Positions 27,360 through 40,238 of a stretch of 56,440 nt of DNA are shown here, piece by piece. This DNA is from Octopus bimaculoides (Eukaryota): assembly GCF_001194135.2 (NCBI RefSeq), contig NC_069005.1:20198460-20254899 (forward strand), in the 5' to 3' direction. The notes beneath the pieces were generated by a model. That model was not told where the DNA came from. It made no database searches and worked only from the letters and a program-made list of their open reading frames with translations. The translations under genes and the position numbers were made by a program. The stretch's first letter is position 1. Every line of letters begins with the position of its first letter.

Positions 27360-27558
27360 CTTGGTGTGTTTTTTGTCAGTACCATATACTATTGATGTAC
27401 AGCAGACTTCGCCAACCTTCTGGGAGCGACTGTAGAAGTACCAGCAACATATTTCAACGGTGCCAATGACATCCTTGATGAGCAACAAACGGTTGCTGAA
27501 CTGAAGTGACAGCTTGTCAAAGAGCTCGATATTCTTCAGAAAGTTATCATCTGAGTTA
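27360..27558 (-). CDS. KCTD10: KCTD10/BACURD coding exon 4
   Basis: ttgcag| [20 protein letters not shown]…IKDVIG…EICCWYFY…[17 protein letters not shown] |gtaata; 199 nt. Confidence 0.93.
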
Positions 27559-27894
27559 CTGCAACAGAAAGGATATAGATAGGTTGTTAAACAGATATAC
27601 AGAAAGACAGATATAAAGAGAGACACACACACGAGAAAGAGAGAGAGAAAGAGAAACCAATCAAGAGGCCATACACACTCTAAAATACTACCATCTGGAA
27701 AATAGAAAGATATGCTGAATGCTATAGTCCTAAGTATGTTATGACTGAAAAAAAGACAGTTCAATCATAGTTGTTAACCTGATTAAAATAAACCTGAGCA
27801 AAAATTGAACTCTGCAAAATACCGCAAGCATTCTGTCCTGCGCTCTACTAATTCTGCCATCCAGATACATTGTAACGTTGAATGACGGTTCAGA

Positions 27895-29600
27895 CACACA
27901 CACTGTTCCTGCACATCTGCCATATACAAAAACTATTTTCTCTGTTAATCTACCTGTTATTCCACTGCACCTCTATGTGTTCATAGCTTACACTGGGTAC
28001 ATCAAATGGATTTCCTAACATCTTTCCAATATATCAAGCAGGGCCATTTACCTGACAGAAACAGTATTCTTCACTTTCTTGCTAACTACAACTTTGTCTT
28101 TACCAGATTAGCTTCAAGGCCCTTTGATTCCAGGTTCTGCTACAGATTCCACCATAAGAACAAGATCATTAGCATATAGTAGTTCCCAAGGACAACCAGT
28201 CTTAAATTCCTCTAGTTTGGCTCAGGAAGCATCCTAGAAGTTGTAGATAAATTCTGTTACTTAGGTGGCCAAATTAGCAGCGGAGGAGGATGTTCTACAA
28301 GTATAGCTGCTAGAATAAGAATAGGATGGAGAAAGTTCAGAGAACTGTTACTCTGATTAGCAACAGATGGGGATCTTTCTGATTTGGCAGGCGCCATTTC
28401 TTATTTATGTTTTATTTAATGTGTTTTCTACTGAAACACTTTAAAACTTCGTATACTTGTATATTTTGTCTTAGAGAACAGAGAAAAAATTTTTATATTC
28501 GAAGTTATTTCATGTTAAAAGTTGTCGTATTTCGGTAATTTCAACCAATCACTGACGCCTATTGAGGTGAAAACAATTACTGCTGTGGAATGTAAACAAC
28601 ACGTTCTAGCGGTGTAATGGGATCTTTTCCCTTGAATAAAATTAGTGCCGTTGTTTGTCAACAACAACTATTGGCAGTACTGTTATTTATGACATTGTTC
28701 GTGCGTTTGTACTGGCTTTAGGGTTTGGGTTTTAGAGTTAGGGTTGCCAAATTTGGTGAAAATCTNNNNNNNNNNNNNNNNNNNNNNNNNNNNNNNNNNN
28801 NNNNNNNNNNNNNNNNNNNNNNNNNNNNNNNNNNNNNNNNNNNNNNNNNNNNNNNNNNNNNNNNNNNNNNNNNNNTAAAACCAGTACAAACGCACGAACG
28901 ATGTCATAAATAACAGTACTGCCGATAGTTGTTGACAAACAATGGCACTAATTTTATTCAAGGGAAAAGATCCCATTACACCGCCACAACGTGTTGTTCA
29001 CAAACCACAGCAGTAATTGTTTTCACCTCAATAGACATCAGTGATTGGTTGAAATTACTGAAATACGACAATTTTAACACGAAATAACTTTAAAAAGATA
29101 AAATTTTCTCAATAACACTAAGGGTAAAAGATGTTTTATATGACACATTCTACCAGTATCCCAAGTTTGAAAGTGTTTCGTTAAGAAAAAAAGTGGCGCA
29201 CGCCAAATCAGAAAGATCCACAGATGGTACCTCTCTCTGAGTGAAAAGCAGATTATATGATGCTTGTGCATGAACAGGTATGTTACATGACAGTGAGACA
29301 TGGGCCATGAATGAAGAAGACCTGCAAAGATTGGAGAAGGAAAAAGTTAATATGCCCTAATGGATTTGCAAGATGCAGTGTGAACACACAACTAAGTGTA
29401 AATGTTTTTAAGAGAAATTAGATATAGCATGTAAGAGAGAGAGAACTGCAATGGTTTGGTCATGTGATGTGTATGGATGATGAGAGCCAGATAAAGAAGT
29501 GATCATTTAAGATGGAGGGAACTTGCAGAAAAGGGGAGACTCAAGATATAGGATGAAGTAGCGAGGGCTAAACTCAAGATGCTGAACCTCAGAGAGGAGA
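27895..29600. mobile_element. RTE LINE remnant with an inverted 5' segment, interrupted by a foldback element
   Basis: 27895-28213 encodes CPWELLYANDLVL…CSGITGRLTEK on minus. 28214-28370 and 29228-29600 encode LEVVDKFCYLG…RIRIGWRKFRELL…SRLYDAC on plus. Confidence 0.75.
28371..29219. mobile_element. Foldback/palindromic non-autonomous DNA transposon with 8-bp TSD
   Basis: Ends GGATCTTTCTGATTTGGC / GCCAAATCAGAAAGATCC; arms of about 340 bp are mutually inverted; TSD ACAGATGG at 28363-70 and 29220-27. Confidence 0.85.
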
Positions 29601-30309
29601 TGACAATGGAATGTCTGGCAATATGTATTATTTGCTCTCCACCACAAATGTACCAGACTACATCCCATCATGCACTATGCCTGTCTCTCACTCAGCCTAA
29701 TCCCCACCTTGTTATTTCCGTCTCCCTCTGTTAACTGTCATTATTACTCTACTACTCATCCCTCCACCTACTCTCTTCTGCATCTCTATCCACCCCACAC
29801 AATTCATGCCTCATTGGCCATTACCCTTCAACCCTACCCAACTTCTTTTATAGCAGTAGGCTGCTTCCCCATTCCTTCTTCTCTTCCCCACCTTACAATA
29901 CTACATTAACCCCACCCACTTATACTTACTTATCTTGAGCCTTGTGGGACCACCTAAACACCTTGTCTCCTATCTGCCTCTTCGCACTCCCACTGATCCT
30001 TCACTCCCTGCCCTACAGAATGTGAAGAACCATACAGCTCTTCTACAAGGATCTCTTCTGGCCTACTTCTCCCATACTCTAACCATGCTTCACCACTTCC
30101 TCAGGCTTCATAGTCATGTGAGCGGCACAGCAACCTCAACAGTGATGATGACACCAAAAAAAAATGCACCCAGTAAAGTGGTAGGCATTAGGAAGGACAT
30201 GTAGTTGTAGAACCAAGCCAAAGCAGACACTGGAGCAGGATGCAGTCCTTGGGCCCATTGGATTCTGTCAAACCCATACCAGCATGGAACATGGACATTG
30301 ACTGTATAC

Positions 30310-30349
<40 letters not shown>

Positions 30350-30899
30350 NNNNNNNNNNNNNNNNNNNNNNNNNNNNNNNNNNNNNNNNNNNNNNNNNNN
30401 NNNNNNNNNNNNNNNNNNNNNNNNNNNNNNNNNNNNNNNNNNNNNNNNNNNNNNNNNNNNNNNNNNNNNNNNNNNNNNNNNNNNNNNNNNNNNNNNNNNN
30501 NNNNNNNNNNNNNNNNNNNNNNNNNNNNNNNNNNNNNNNNNNNNNNNNNNNNNNNNNNNNNNNNNNNNNNNNNNNNNNNNNNNNNNNNNNNNNNNNNNNN
30601 NNNNNNNNNNNNNNNNNNNNNNNNNNNNNTATATGTATGTGTATCTGTGTTTGTTCCCCCAACATCGCTTGACAACCGATGCTGGTGTGTTTACACCCCC
30701 GTAACTTAGCGGTTCGGCAAAAGAGAGTGATAGAATAAGTACTAGGCTTCCAAAGAATAAGTCCTAGGGTTGATTTGCTCGATTAAAGGCGGTGCTCCAG
30801 CATGGCCACAGTCAAAAGACTGAAACAAGTAAAAGAGTAAAAGATATGTATATATATATATACTTTGTTTATAAAGCAGATAAATAGATATGAACTTAC

Positions 30900-30952
30900 T
30901 TTGTGTATGAATACTTGTTATTGTGACGATTACAGCTGAGTTTGATCACAGG
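30900..30952 (-). CDS. KCTD10: KCTD10/BACURD coding exon 3 (53 nt, absent from the ORF track)
   Basis: cag| PVIKLSCNRHNNKYSYT(N) |gtaagt matches the family segment PAVKLLYNRSNNKYSYT; phases fit both neighbours. Confidence 0.9.
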
Positions 30953-32356
30953 CTGTGGATGAGAAGAACAAATAATATTATTCATAATGGAAATAATAAT
31001 CCTTTCTACTGTAGGCCCAAGGTTTGAAATTTGGGGAGGGTGGAGTAAGTCAATTACATCGACCCCAGTGTTTCATTGGTACTTTATTTATCAACCCCAA
31101 AAAGGATGAAAAGAAAAGCAGAATTTAAACTCAGATCATAAAGACATAATAATAATAAAAATAACAATGATGTTTCAATTTAAGCACAAGGCCAGTTACA
31201 TCAACTCCAGTTCTCGACTGGTACTTAATTTTATTAACTCTAAAAGGAGAACTTTGGAGTATCAAAAATTTCATGTTAAATGCAGGAATTGGAAAGATAG
31301 TGACAATGTATGAATGTTTACACTAGATATTATATACTACATCAACTTTCATGAGATAGGTCAACTTATACACCAAGATGACTTTGGAGGGCCAAAACTT
31401 CTGTGAAATGCAGCAAGATTTGGAAAGACTGAGCTGATGTTTGAATGTTTACGTATGTGTATACTACATACTGTTACACTGACTTGCATACCAGAAAATA
31501 TGGTATGTTGAATATTTTCAATATAAGAATAAAATATGTTGGATTACCATCGTCCAACTATGAAGATTCAGTTGTTTGAGATGGATGGAATTACCTGCTC
31601 CTGAACTGACGTGTAAATGTCTGAGTATTCCACAGACATACATGTACGCTTAACGTAATTCTCATGCAGAATCAGAAATGACACTGTCACAAAGTTGTGC
31701 CATTTGAATTACAGGTAATGATCCACCTAATGGGCTCCCTTACAGTTTCCATCATCCCAATTTCATTCACAAAGTATCATATTGAATTGAGGCTATAAAA
31801 AAATAACATTTGCCCAAAATGCCATGCAGTGAGATTTGAACTAGGGATCACATGGTTGCAAAGCAGACTTCATCACAATTTATCTACAAAACTACAACAT
31901 GATACTGCACATACTCAAAGCACACAAGATGCACTCATTAATGCAGTGAAAACACCATCATTTAATATTCATGTTCCATGCTGGCATAGGATGGATGGTT
32001 TGACAGGATCCAAGGACTGACTTGTGCTCCATGTCAGCTTCAGTATGGTTTCTAAGGCTGGATGCCCTTCCTAATGCCAACCACTTTACAGAATGTACTG
32101 GGTACTTTTTTGCACCACCAGCACTAATGAGGTCGTCATGTAGCTTGCATGATTATGAATCCGAGAAGGGATATACAGCAACTGTATATAAGATGAGGAA
32201 TAGAGAGGGGGTAAAGAATGAGAGAAAAGGGACAAAGCAGAGGAGAGAAAACTGCTGAAAATTATTATAATCCTTTCAACTAGAGACATGAGGCCTAAAA
32301 TTTGGTGGGGGTGATGTAGTTCATTATCTCAACCCCAGTACTTAACTGCTATTTAT

Positions 32357-32925
32357 TAGGTTGTTCTGAAAATAATGACCAATTTTAGAAAATTTTATTC
32401 TGGAAAAATTAACAATAGAAATGTTTTGATTAGTTAAAGTATGAGCAGTGAACATCTATGCATCTCTGCTATCGATCAATGAGATTATTTATGCCTTGTT
32501 GATAAAAACTTATTGGCTTTGATGCTAAGAAATCTTTGAAAGCTGATTCCATCAGACAGTCACCTTAATCTTTTGCTGATGCAACTTTGGCTTTGGGAAA
32601 TGTTTGGGGACTCATCATGATCAAGCCATTGACCTGATCACTTACGGTTATCATAAAGGATCTGCTTTTCGTCACAAGTGACCATTTGGTCAAGAAAAGG
32701 ATCATTGGTATTTTGCAGAAAGAGTATCGAGCACACTTCAAAATGCCATACTTTTTGACTTTCATTGAGCTCATGCAGTACCCATTTATCAAGCTTTTCC
32801 ACTTTACCAATCTTCTGCAGATTGTGTGAGACCATTGCAGTACCGACACCAAGTGCCTGAGACGTTTCTCTGACACTTTGAGGCAGGTTTTGTTCAACAA
32901 TTGCTTTCAATTGTTCATTTTCAAC
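32357..32925 (-). mobile_element. Truncated mariner element
   Basis: HNLQKIGKVEKLDKWVLHEL…FLDQMVTCDEKQILYDN; TIR-like ttaggttgttctgaaaata at the left end. Confidence 0.8.
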
Positions 32926-33097
32926 TATAGGCATAAGGCCTAAAATATGAGGGGAACAGACTAGTCAATTACATCAACCCCAGTGATTCACTGGTACTTA
33001 ATTTATCGACCCCCGAAAGGATGAAAGGCAAAGTCGACCTCAGCAGAATCTGAACTCAGATTCTGCCAGCTCGCTGCTTTATATAATAAGAATTTAC

Positions 33098-33354
33098 CTT
33101 GTGTGTGTTGGCAAACAGGTTCTGTTCCTCCTCTGTTGATGTGAGCAACGGGACCTGGCAGCTTGGCTGCACCTCTCTCTTCTTCTTTAGAGCTGGTTCG
33201 ATGATGTTAACGAGGTCTTGTACAATGTAGTAACGGGCCTCTGCCTCTAACTCCATCAGTCCAATTTCTGTGTCTGGCAGGGTTGTGTGGTTGTCCCGCA
33301 GGAAGTTCAGAATTGTATCAAAATGTTTTCCACTGCGATCTATCAAGATCCAAC
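33098..33354 (-). CDS. KCTD10: KCTD10/BACURD coding exon 2
   Basis: cag|GT TGG: WILIDRSGKHFDTILNFLRD…EARYYIVQDLV…CQVPLLTS…THK |gtaaat; 257 nt. Confidence 0.92.
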
Positions 33355-34410
33355 CTGAAAAAAAAAACAAACCAAAATTCTTTAACTGTTTTCAGATCAG
33401 ATTTCAAATAACAATTCATTGCTTATACATTGTCATTATCATTTTAATGTCAACTTTTCCATGCTTGCATGGATGATCAGATGGAATTTGTAAAGGTGGA
33501 TTTTGTATGGTTGAGTGCCCTTTCTATTGCCAACCCTCAACTATTTCTAAGCAAAGTAATATTTCTCTATGCCAGACAGGTTTCCAGAAAATATTGGAAA
33601 TAAATGACATTGCTGGTATGACTGACACTCACAACTATCAGGTGTTGTCAAAACAACACACACAAGCTTCTTTCAGTTTCCATCTATTAGATCCACTCAC
33701 AAGGCTTTGGTCAGCTCAAGGCTACTACAGAAGACACTTAACTCAAGGTGTCATGCAGTAGGTTTGACTCCAAAACCACATGGTTGGGAAGCAAACATCA
33801 GAACCAAGTAGTCATGCTTGTTCAATATCAACAAAATTCAAATCATACAAGATCTTGTCATTATCCCTTCTGAGTCTGTGTGCTTGTTGATCAACCTGCC
33901 AAAGTCCAAAATCTATAACACTGACAGAGGAATGGAAGCAGGACAGTCTTGTCTAACACCATTTTCACCAATAAAACATACAACTACCTCCTCATTAATT
34001 CATGCACAACAATTAGAACTTTAACATGTTTCCCTCATTATGCTCCCTATTTTTTTCAGGTATTCCCCATAACATTTGTTTCCATTGTCAAAAGCTTTCT
34101 GGAAGTTGACAAAGTTAATGGCTACTATACAATTTGTACTCAATGGTCTTTTCAATCACGTGTTGCAACACAATCATGCCATCTGTGCATGATTGCCAGC
34201 TCTGAAATTGATGTATTAAAATTTAATAATGATTTTTCTCCTTTGTCTTATTTAATATAATCCCTGAAAGTAGCTTACTGGTCACCATAAGCAGAGATTC
34301 TCTTCCTCTCCAGTTTGAACAATCACCAATATCATCTTTCCTTTCATAGTGACCACCTCTTCTGCTATTTTTCATTGCTCCAAATAATAGGTTACACAGA
34401 TTAAGTAATG

Positions 34411-34556
34411 GATGGGTATTTCATCCGACTCGCACCCTAACCGCAGCGGACGGAAAGGCCGACGGTCGGCCGGTAGTCGCCCCGCCGGTCACCGCCGTGT
34501 AGCCACAGAGTTGATCGGAGTGGCTGAATTCAGACCGACGCTTAGGTAGCGGAAAG
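34411..34556. other. 146-bp GC-rich insertion flanked by a 15-bp direct repeat (probable retroposed RNA fragment)
   Basis: ACAGATTAAGTAATG at 34396-34410 and 34557-34571. Insert is 91/146 G+C (about 62%, hand count) in an AT-rich intron. Confidence 0.75.
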
Positions 34557-35000
34557 ACAGATTAAGTAATGATGTCTCTCCATATTTAAAAAGCTGACCA
34601 ACCAGATATTCCATCTACACCAGATGGCTTTGTTGATTTTCACTGATTACAAAGCTTCCCTCAATGAGATTTTGCTGACATCTATGTGAAGATCATTTAA
34701 CCATTTAGCATTTAAACCAGCCAGATCCAATCTCACACACCTACCCTACAATGTCATTCTAAAAATAATCTCACCATCAAAACCTCAAAGCTTACAAGGT
34801 AATGCATGATTAATTCAAAACGATGTGAATAAATAGGTGCAAGCATGGCTATATGGTAAAAAGTTTGCTTTCCAACCACATGACTCCAAGTTCAGTCCTG
34901 CTGCATGGCACCTTGAGCAAGTGTCTTCCACTATAATCTTGGGCTGCCCAAAGCCTTGTGAGTGAATTTGGTAAATGGACGGAAACTGGAAGCAGCCAAT

Positions 35001-35044
<44 letters not shown>

Positions 35045-36191
35045 AGTTTGTCCCCCACCACTGCTTGACAACCAGTGTTGATGTGTTTATGTTCCCATAA
35101 ATTAGCAGTTCAAAAGAGATAGATGGAATAGGTACCAGGCTTAAAAAAAAAAGTACGGAGTCAATTTGTTTGACTAAATTTCTTCAAGGTGGTGCCACAA
35201 GTAAAAGATAAACAATTATATTAGACAGAGAAATCTGAATCCTAAAGAGTTCATTAGTGTATAAAAGCTCAATAGTGTATGTAGGTGGATTTACGATACT
35301 TTGAAATGTTCCAGCCTAGTTCTAGTTTTCATTTTCTGTCCTTCACACTTGTCATTTTTACCTTTTACAAGCAGAAGCCTGGCTGCCTCATTAAGAATTT
35401 GATTTCATGATTACATGATTTCAGGTTCAGTCCCATTGCACAGCACCCTGGGAAAGTGTCTTCTACAAGTACTCTGGGTTCACCAATGTCTGATGAGTGG
35501 ATAAGGTAGGCAAAAACTGAAATAAGTCTGTCATATGTGTGTGTTCAGGTGTCCTGTCATTAAATGCTACTTGTAAACAAACATACAAGCAGAGCAATGT
35601 CGTTCATTAGCTACCTCACATAGAAACATGCCCAACCATTGTGCTATTCAGGTTCAAAGGACTATGGACAAAATACTGTTGCTTGGATATGGGAGAAGGT
35701 TGGAGGCAGGAAGAGCATCCAGCCACAGAAAATCTACCCCAACGAATTTTAACTTGATCCATGCAAGCATGGAAAAGTGGGCATTAAAACAAGATGATAA
35801 TGATTCAGTTAATTAAGACACCCTACGTATTTCAATTAACATTCATTATAATTAAGAATCCTCATGCATTTCAATTAACCCTTCATCCAAGTATCACATG
35901 ATACACAGGACATGTTTCCTTGGTGTCCAAGCACTGTATATGATACACATTCCCAATATTTTTTCAACCAATAGAGTAAATTGGGACTTGGGGAAAGCTT
36001 TATATTACTCAGAATATATGAAAAAAGGGCTAACTTAAATTCTGAAAATAAGCATAGATGTTTAGGACAAACTTATGAAAATACTTTGGACCAGCAAAAG
36101 GTTAATATTCAGAATGATTATGAATCTCAGTCAGTCAATCAGTGTCTCTCTCTCTCTCTTTCTCTCATATATATATATATGTATATATGTA

Positions 36192-36281
<90 letters not shown>

Positions 36282-36784
36282 TATATATATATATATTAGT
36301 ATTCAATATAATCAAAACATTGGAGGCAGTTTAATGATGTATCTATATTTGTTGTTTTTTAACCCCAGGTCAGTCCTGATTGAGTAAACCTATGATCAAA
36401 TAGATTCCATTTATATCAACAGTCAATACCTTAGACCAACAAGGGAGATTATATGGTCGCTTGACTTGCTAGAAATAACAGTCGAAATGACTTCATATTA
36501 CATCTGATCTAGGAAAATGAAAGAAACACAGTCTTTTAGATAAAGTAGTTTACACAGCCTGAACTTGGCAGTTCAGTACAAGAGACTGATAGCATAAGTA
36601 CAACTCTTAACTCGTACTGGGGTTGATTTGTTTAACTAAAAACCCTTCAGGGTGATGTTCCCGTTTGGCCACAGTCCAATAACTGAAACAAATAAAAAAA
36701 AAATAGAAGGTAGACTGCCAGGCATCCCAAACTCAGAGATCCCCAGTACTCTCTTTGCAGACACCAGGTGGGAACTACTGCAGT

Positions 36785-37176
36785 TGTTGTTGTTGTTGGC
36801 ACTCCGTCGCTTACGACGTCGAGGGTTCCAGTTGATCCGATCAACGGAACAGCCTACTCGTGAAATTAACGTGCAAGTGGCTGAGCCCTCCACAGACATG
36901 TGTACCCTTAACGTAGTTCTCAGGGATATTCAGCATGACACAGTGTGACAAGGCTGACCCTTTGAATTACAGGCACAACAGAAACAGGAAGAAAGACTGA
37001 GAGAAAGTTGTGGTGAAAGAGTACAGCAGGGTTCGCCACCATCCCCTACTGGAGCCTCGTGGAGCTTTAGGTGTTTTTGCTCAATTAACACTCACAACGC
37101 CCGGTCTGGGAATCGAAACTGCGATCCTATGACCGCGAGTCCGCTACCCTAACCACTGGGCCATTGCGCCTCCACC
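36785..37176 (-). mobile_element. Well-preserved tRNA-derived SINE with TSD
   Basis: Minus head GTGGAGGCGCAATGGCCCAGTGGTTAGGG…GTTTCGATTCC (A/B boxes); (CAA)n tail; TSD ACTACTGCAGT at 36774-84 and 37177-87. Confidence 0.85.
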
Positions 37177-37651
37177 ACTACTGCAGTAGGGTGGGATTAA
37201 AGGGAGATTTTGACTGTTTTCTCAGGAAGCTTACGTAACTACCTAAAAACTCGTTAGCTTTGTGCCAGACGTTTCAGGGACTACATTAGATAATAAAGAC
37301 CCCTTAAAATAAGGTGTTTGTGGCTGTAATGCCTGGCCTGGAGCTAAACAACATGTTTATGTTGAGTGATAGAGATAGAGCCTAAGACAAGAAACATAAC
37401 TACAAAATAGTTAACTGGGAGTGAACAGGTACAATGAATGGACTCGGCTGATTACAGGTGTGCTGTGAAGGTGGTGGTTGTGGGAATAGGTAGAGAGGAG
37501 GGTTAGTCATTCTGGAAGTGAGCTGTAGGTATGTTATTAACGGGGGGGGGTGTAATTAGAGTAGTTAAGGTGAGTCATGAAACTATTTAGGTGATTGACA
37601 GAGAAAGTGTAAAGCAGGGAAGAATAAGAGGAGTAAGGAGGGAGGGAGAGA

Positions 37652-38590
37652 NNNNNNNNNNNNNNNNNNNNNNNNNNNNNNNNNNNNNNNNNNNNNNNNN
37701 NNNNNNNNNNNNNNNNNNNNNNNNNNNNNNNNNNNNNNNNNNNNNNNNNNNNNNNNNNNNNNNNNNNNNNNNNNNNNNNNNNNNNNNNNNNNNNNNNNNN
37801 NNNNNNNNNNNNNNNNNNNNNNNNNNNNNNNNNNNNNNNNNNNNNNNNNNNNNNNNNNNNNNNNNNNNNNNNNNNNNNNNNNNNNNNNNNNNNNNNNNNN
37901 NNNNNNNNNNNNNNNNNNNNNNNNNNNNNNNNNNNNNNNNNNNNNNNNNNNNNNNNNNNNNNNNNNNNNNNNNNNNNNNNNNNNNNNNNNNNNNNNNNNN
38001 NNNNNNNNNNNNNNNNNNNNNNNNNNNNNNNNNNNNNNNNNNNNNNNNNNNNNNNNNNNNNNNNNNNNNNNNNNNNNNNNNNNNNNNNNNNNNNNNNNNN
38101 NNNNNNNNNNNNNNNNNNNNNNNNNNNNNNNNNNNNNNNNNNNNNNNNNNNNNNNNNNNNNNNNNNNNNNNNNNNNNNNNNNNNNNNNNNNNNNNNNNNN
38201 NNNNNNNNNNNNNNNNNNNNNNNNNNNNNNNNNNNNNNNNNNNNNNNNNNNNNNNNNNNNNNNNNNNNNNNNNNNNNNNNNNNNNNNNNNNNNNNNNNNN
38301 NNNNNNNNNNNNNNNNNNNNNNNNNNNNNNNNNNNNNNNNNNNNNNNNNNNNNNNNNNNNNNNNNNNNNNNNNNNNNNNNNNNNNNNNNNNNNNNNNNNN
38401 NNNNNNNNNNNNNNNNNNNNNNNNNNNNNNNNNNNNNNNNNNNNNNNNNNNNNNNNNNNNNNNNNNNNNNNNNNNNNNNNNNNNNNNNNNNNNNNNNNNN
38501 NNNNNNNNNNNNNNNNNNNNNNNNNNNNNNNNNNNNNNNNNNNNNNNNNNNNNNNNNNNNNNNNNNNNNNNNNNNNNNNNNNNNNNNNNN
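37652..38590. other. Assembly gap (largest of about 11 N-runs), flanked by GA-rich repeat
   Basis: Run of N. Several other gaps abut (AT)n or (GT)n microsatellites. Confidence 0.95.
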
Positions 38591-40238
38591 NGAGAGAGAG
38601 GAAAGAGAGAGGAGAGAGAGGAAAGAGAGAGGAGAGAGAGGAAAGAGAGAGGAGAGAGGGAGTGGGGAGAGAGAGAATGGAGAGAGAGAGTGGAGAGAGA
38701 AGCGGGAGAGAGAGTGAAAGGGGGGAGAGAGTGAAAGGGGAGAGAGAAGGAGAGAGAGAGAAGGGGAGAGAGAGAAGGGGAGAGAGAGAAGGGGAGAGAG
38801 AGAGAGAGAAAGATAGAGAGAGCGAGAGAGAAGAGCAGAGAAAGAAAGAGAGAGAGAGAGCTTGGCAGAGAGAAGGTAGTCCAGTCAATCGGTTGCTGGG
38901 TTACCAGTCAAACACCTGGCAATACAAATCCTGTAATCAACACTTTGTTGAATGCCAAATCAGTCCTGAAGCTCAAGTGAACCTATGACTGGAGACATTC
39001 CAGCCATGACCATCCTGGCAACCTTTCAGAGGAAATGTAGGACTACATGATCCAATATGTCCTGTCTTGTCATTTAAAATGGTAATGGCAGTGGTTCCCA
39101 ACCTTTTATCTTTTAATTTTTACTGGTTACAGTCATTAAACTCTGGCCATGCTGGTGCACTGCCTTGAAGCATTTTAGTTGAGCAAATCTACTCCAGTAC
39201 TTTTATTTTTTTTAAGCCTGGTTCTTATTCTATCGGTCTCTTTTACCAGCCCACTAAGTTATGGGGGCATAAACACACCAACACCAGTTATCAAGTGGAG
39301 GGAGGGGAACAAACACAGACACAAAGACACATAACAGACTTCTTTCAGTTTCCGTCTACCAAATCCACTTACAAGGCTTTAGTTAGCCTGAGGCTACAGT
39401 AGAAGACACTTGTCCAATACAACTTTTCTTTTCAAGCTGAGTGTAATATGAGGAAGATTTGGCTGGTATTTCCAGCAGATGTAATGCCAGCATAGCAGCT
39501 CCATCAGTGACTTGTTATTTTGCATAAATTATGACAAATTCAATATGGAAGCAGACAAACTATTTACATCAGACAACTGCAAGTAATAATCCATCTTCAA
39601 AATCAACCTACAGAAGTCAAAAAGTCAATGCTTTATTACCAATGACCCCTTTTATTCAAATGAACTTTCCCACAAACCTCAAGCTTTTCAATGGTTTCAT
39701 CACCATCATCATTTTAACATCCACCTTTCCATGATGGTATAGGTCAAATAGAATTTGTTGAGGCAGATTTTCTATAGCTGGATAGGTGCCCTTCCAGTTG
39801 CTAACCCTCACCCATTTCCAAGCAAGGTAATACTTCCCCATAACCAGACATGAAATAAAGAGACTGGAAAAGAAAGGGGCTCTATTTGCATGATGATCAC
39901 ACTCATATCTCATGATGTCAAGACAAAGAGGCACAAACACACCACCATCTAACATCCATGTTCCATGCTGACATGGGTTGGATGGTTTGACAAGATTCAA
40001 GAAGTCCAAAAACTGCATAGTGCTCCAGTGTCTGCTTTGGCATAGTTTCCACAGCTGGGTGCCATTCCTAACACCAACCAATTTACAGTGAGTACTGGGT
40101 GCTTTTCTCATGGTACCAGCACGAGTAAGGTTGCCAGGCAGCTTGCCAGTCTGTGGAAATCAAAGTGAAGGGAGAGGGTGGAGACAGAGAAGGTTCTTGT
40201 AAGGGAGCTATAAGGCTTTTCGCATTTAGGAGTTGCTA

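Noticed and set aside
34434-34442. ACCCTAACC (1.5 telomeric repeats) in the GC-rich insert, suggesting a telomerase RNA template
   Set aside because: No U-rich pseudoknot strand follows within the insert. The same 9-mer also occurs in the SINE head at about 37146, so chance is plausible.
37095-37176. tRNA-like sequence on the minus strand
   Set aside because: It is the head of a SINE (continues into the SINE body, tail and TSD); no proper acceptor stem.
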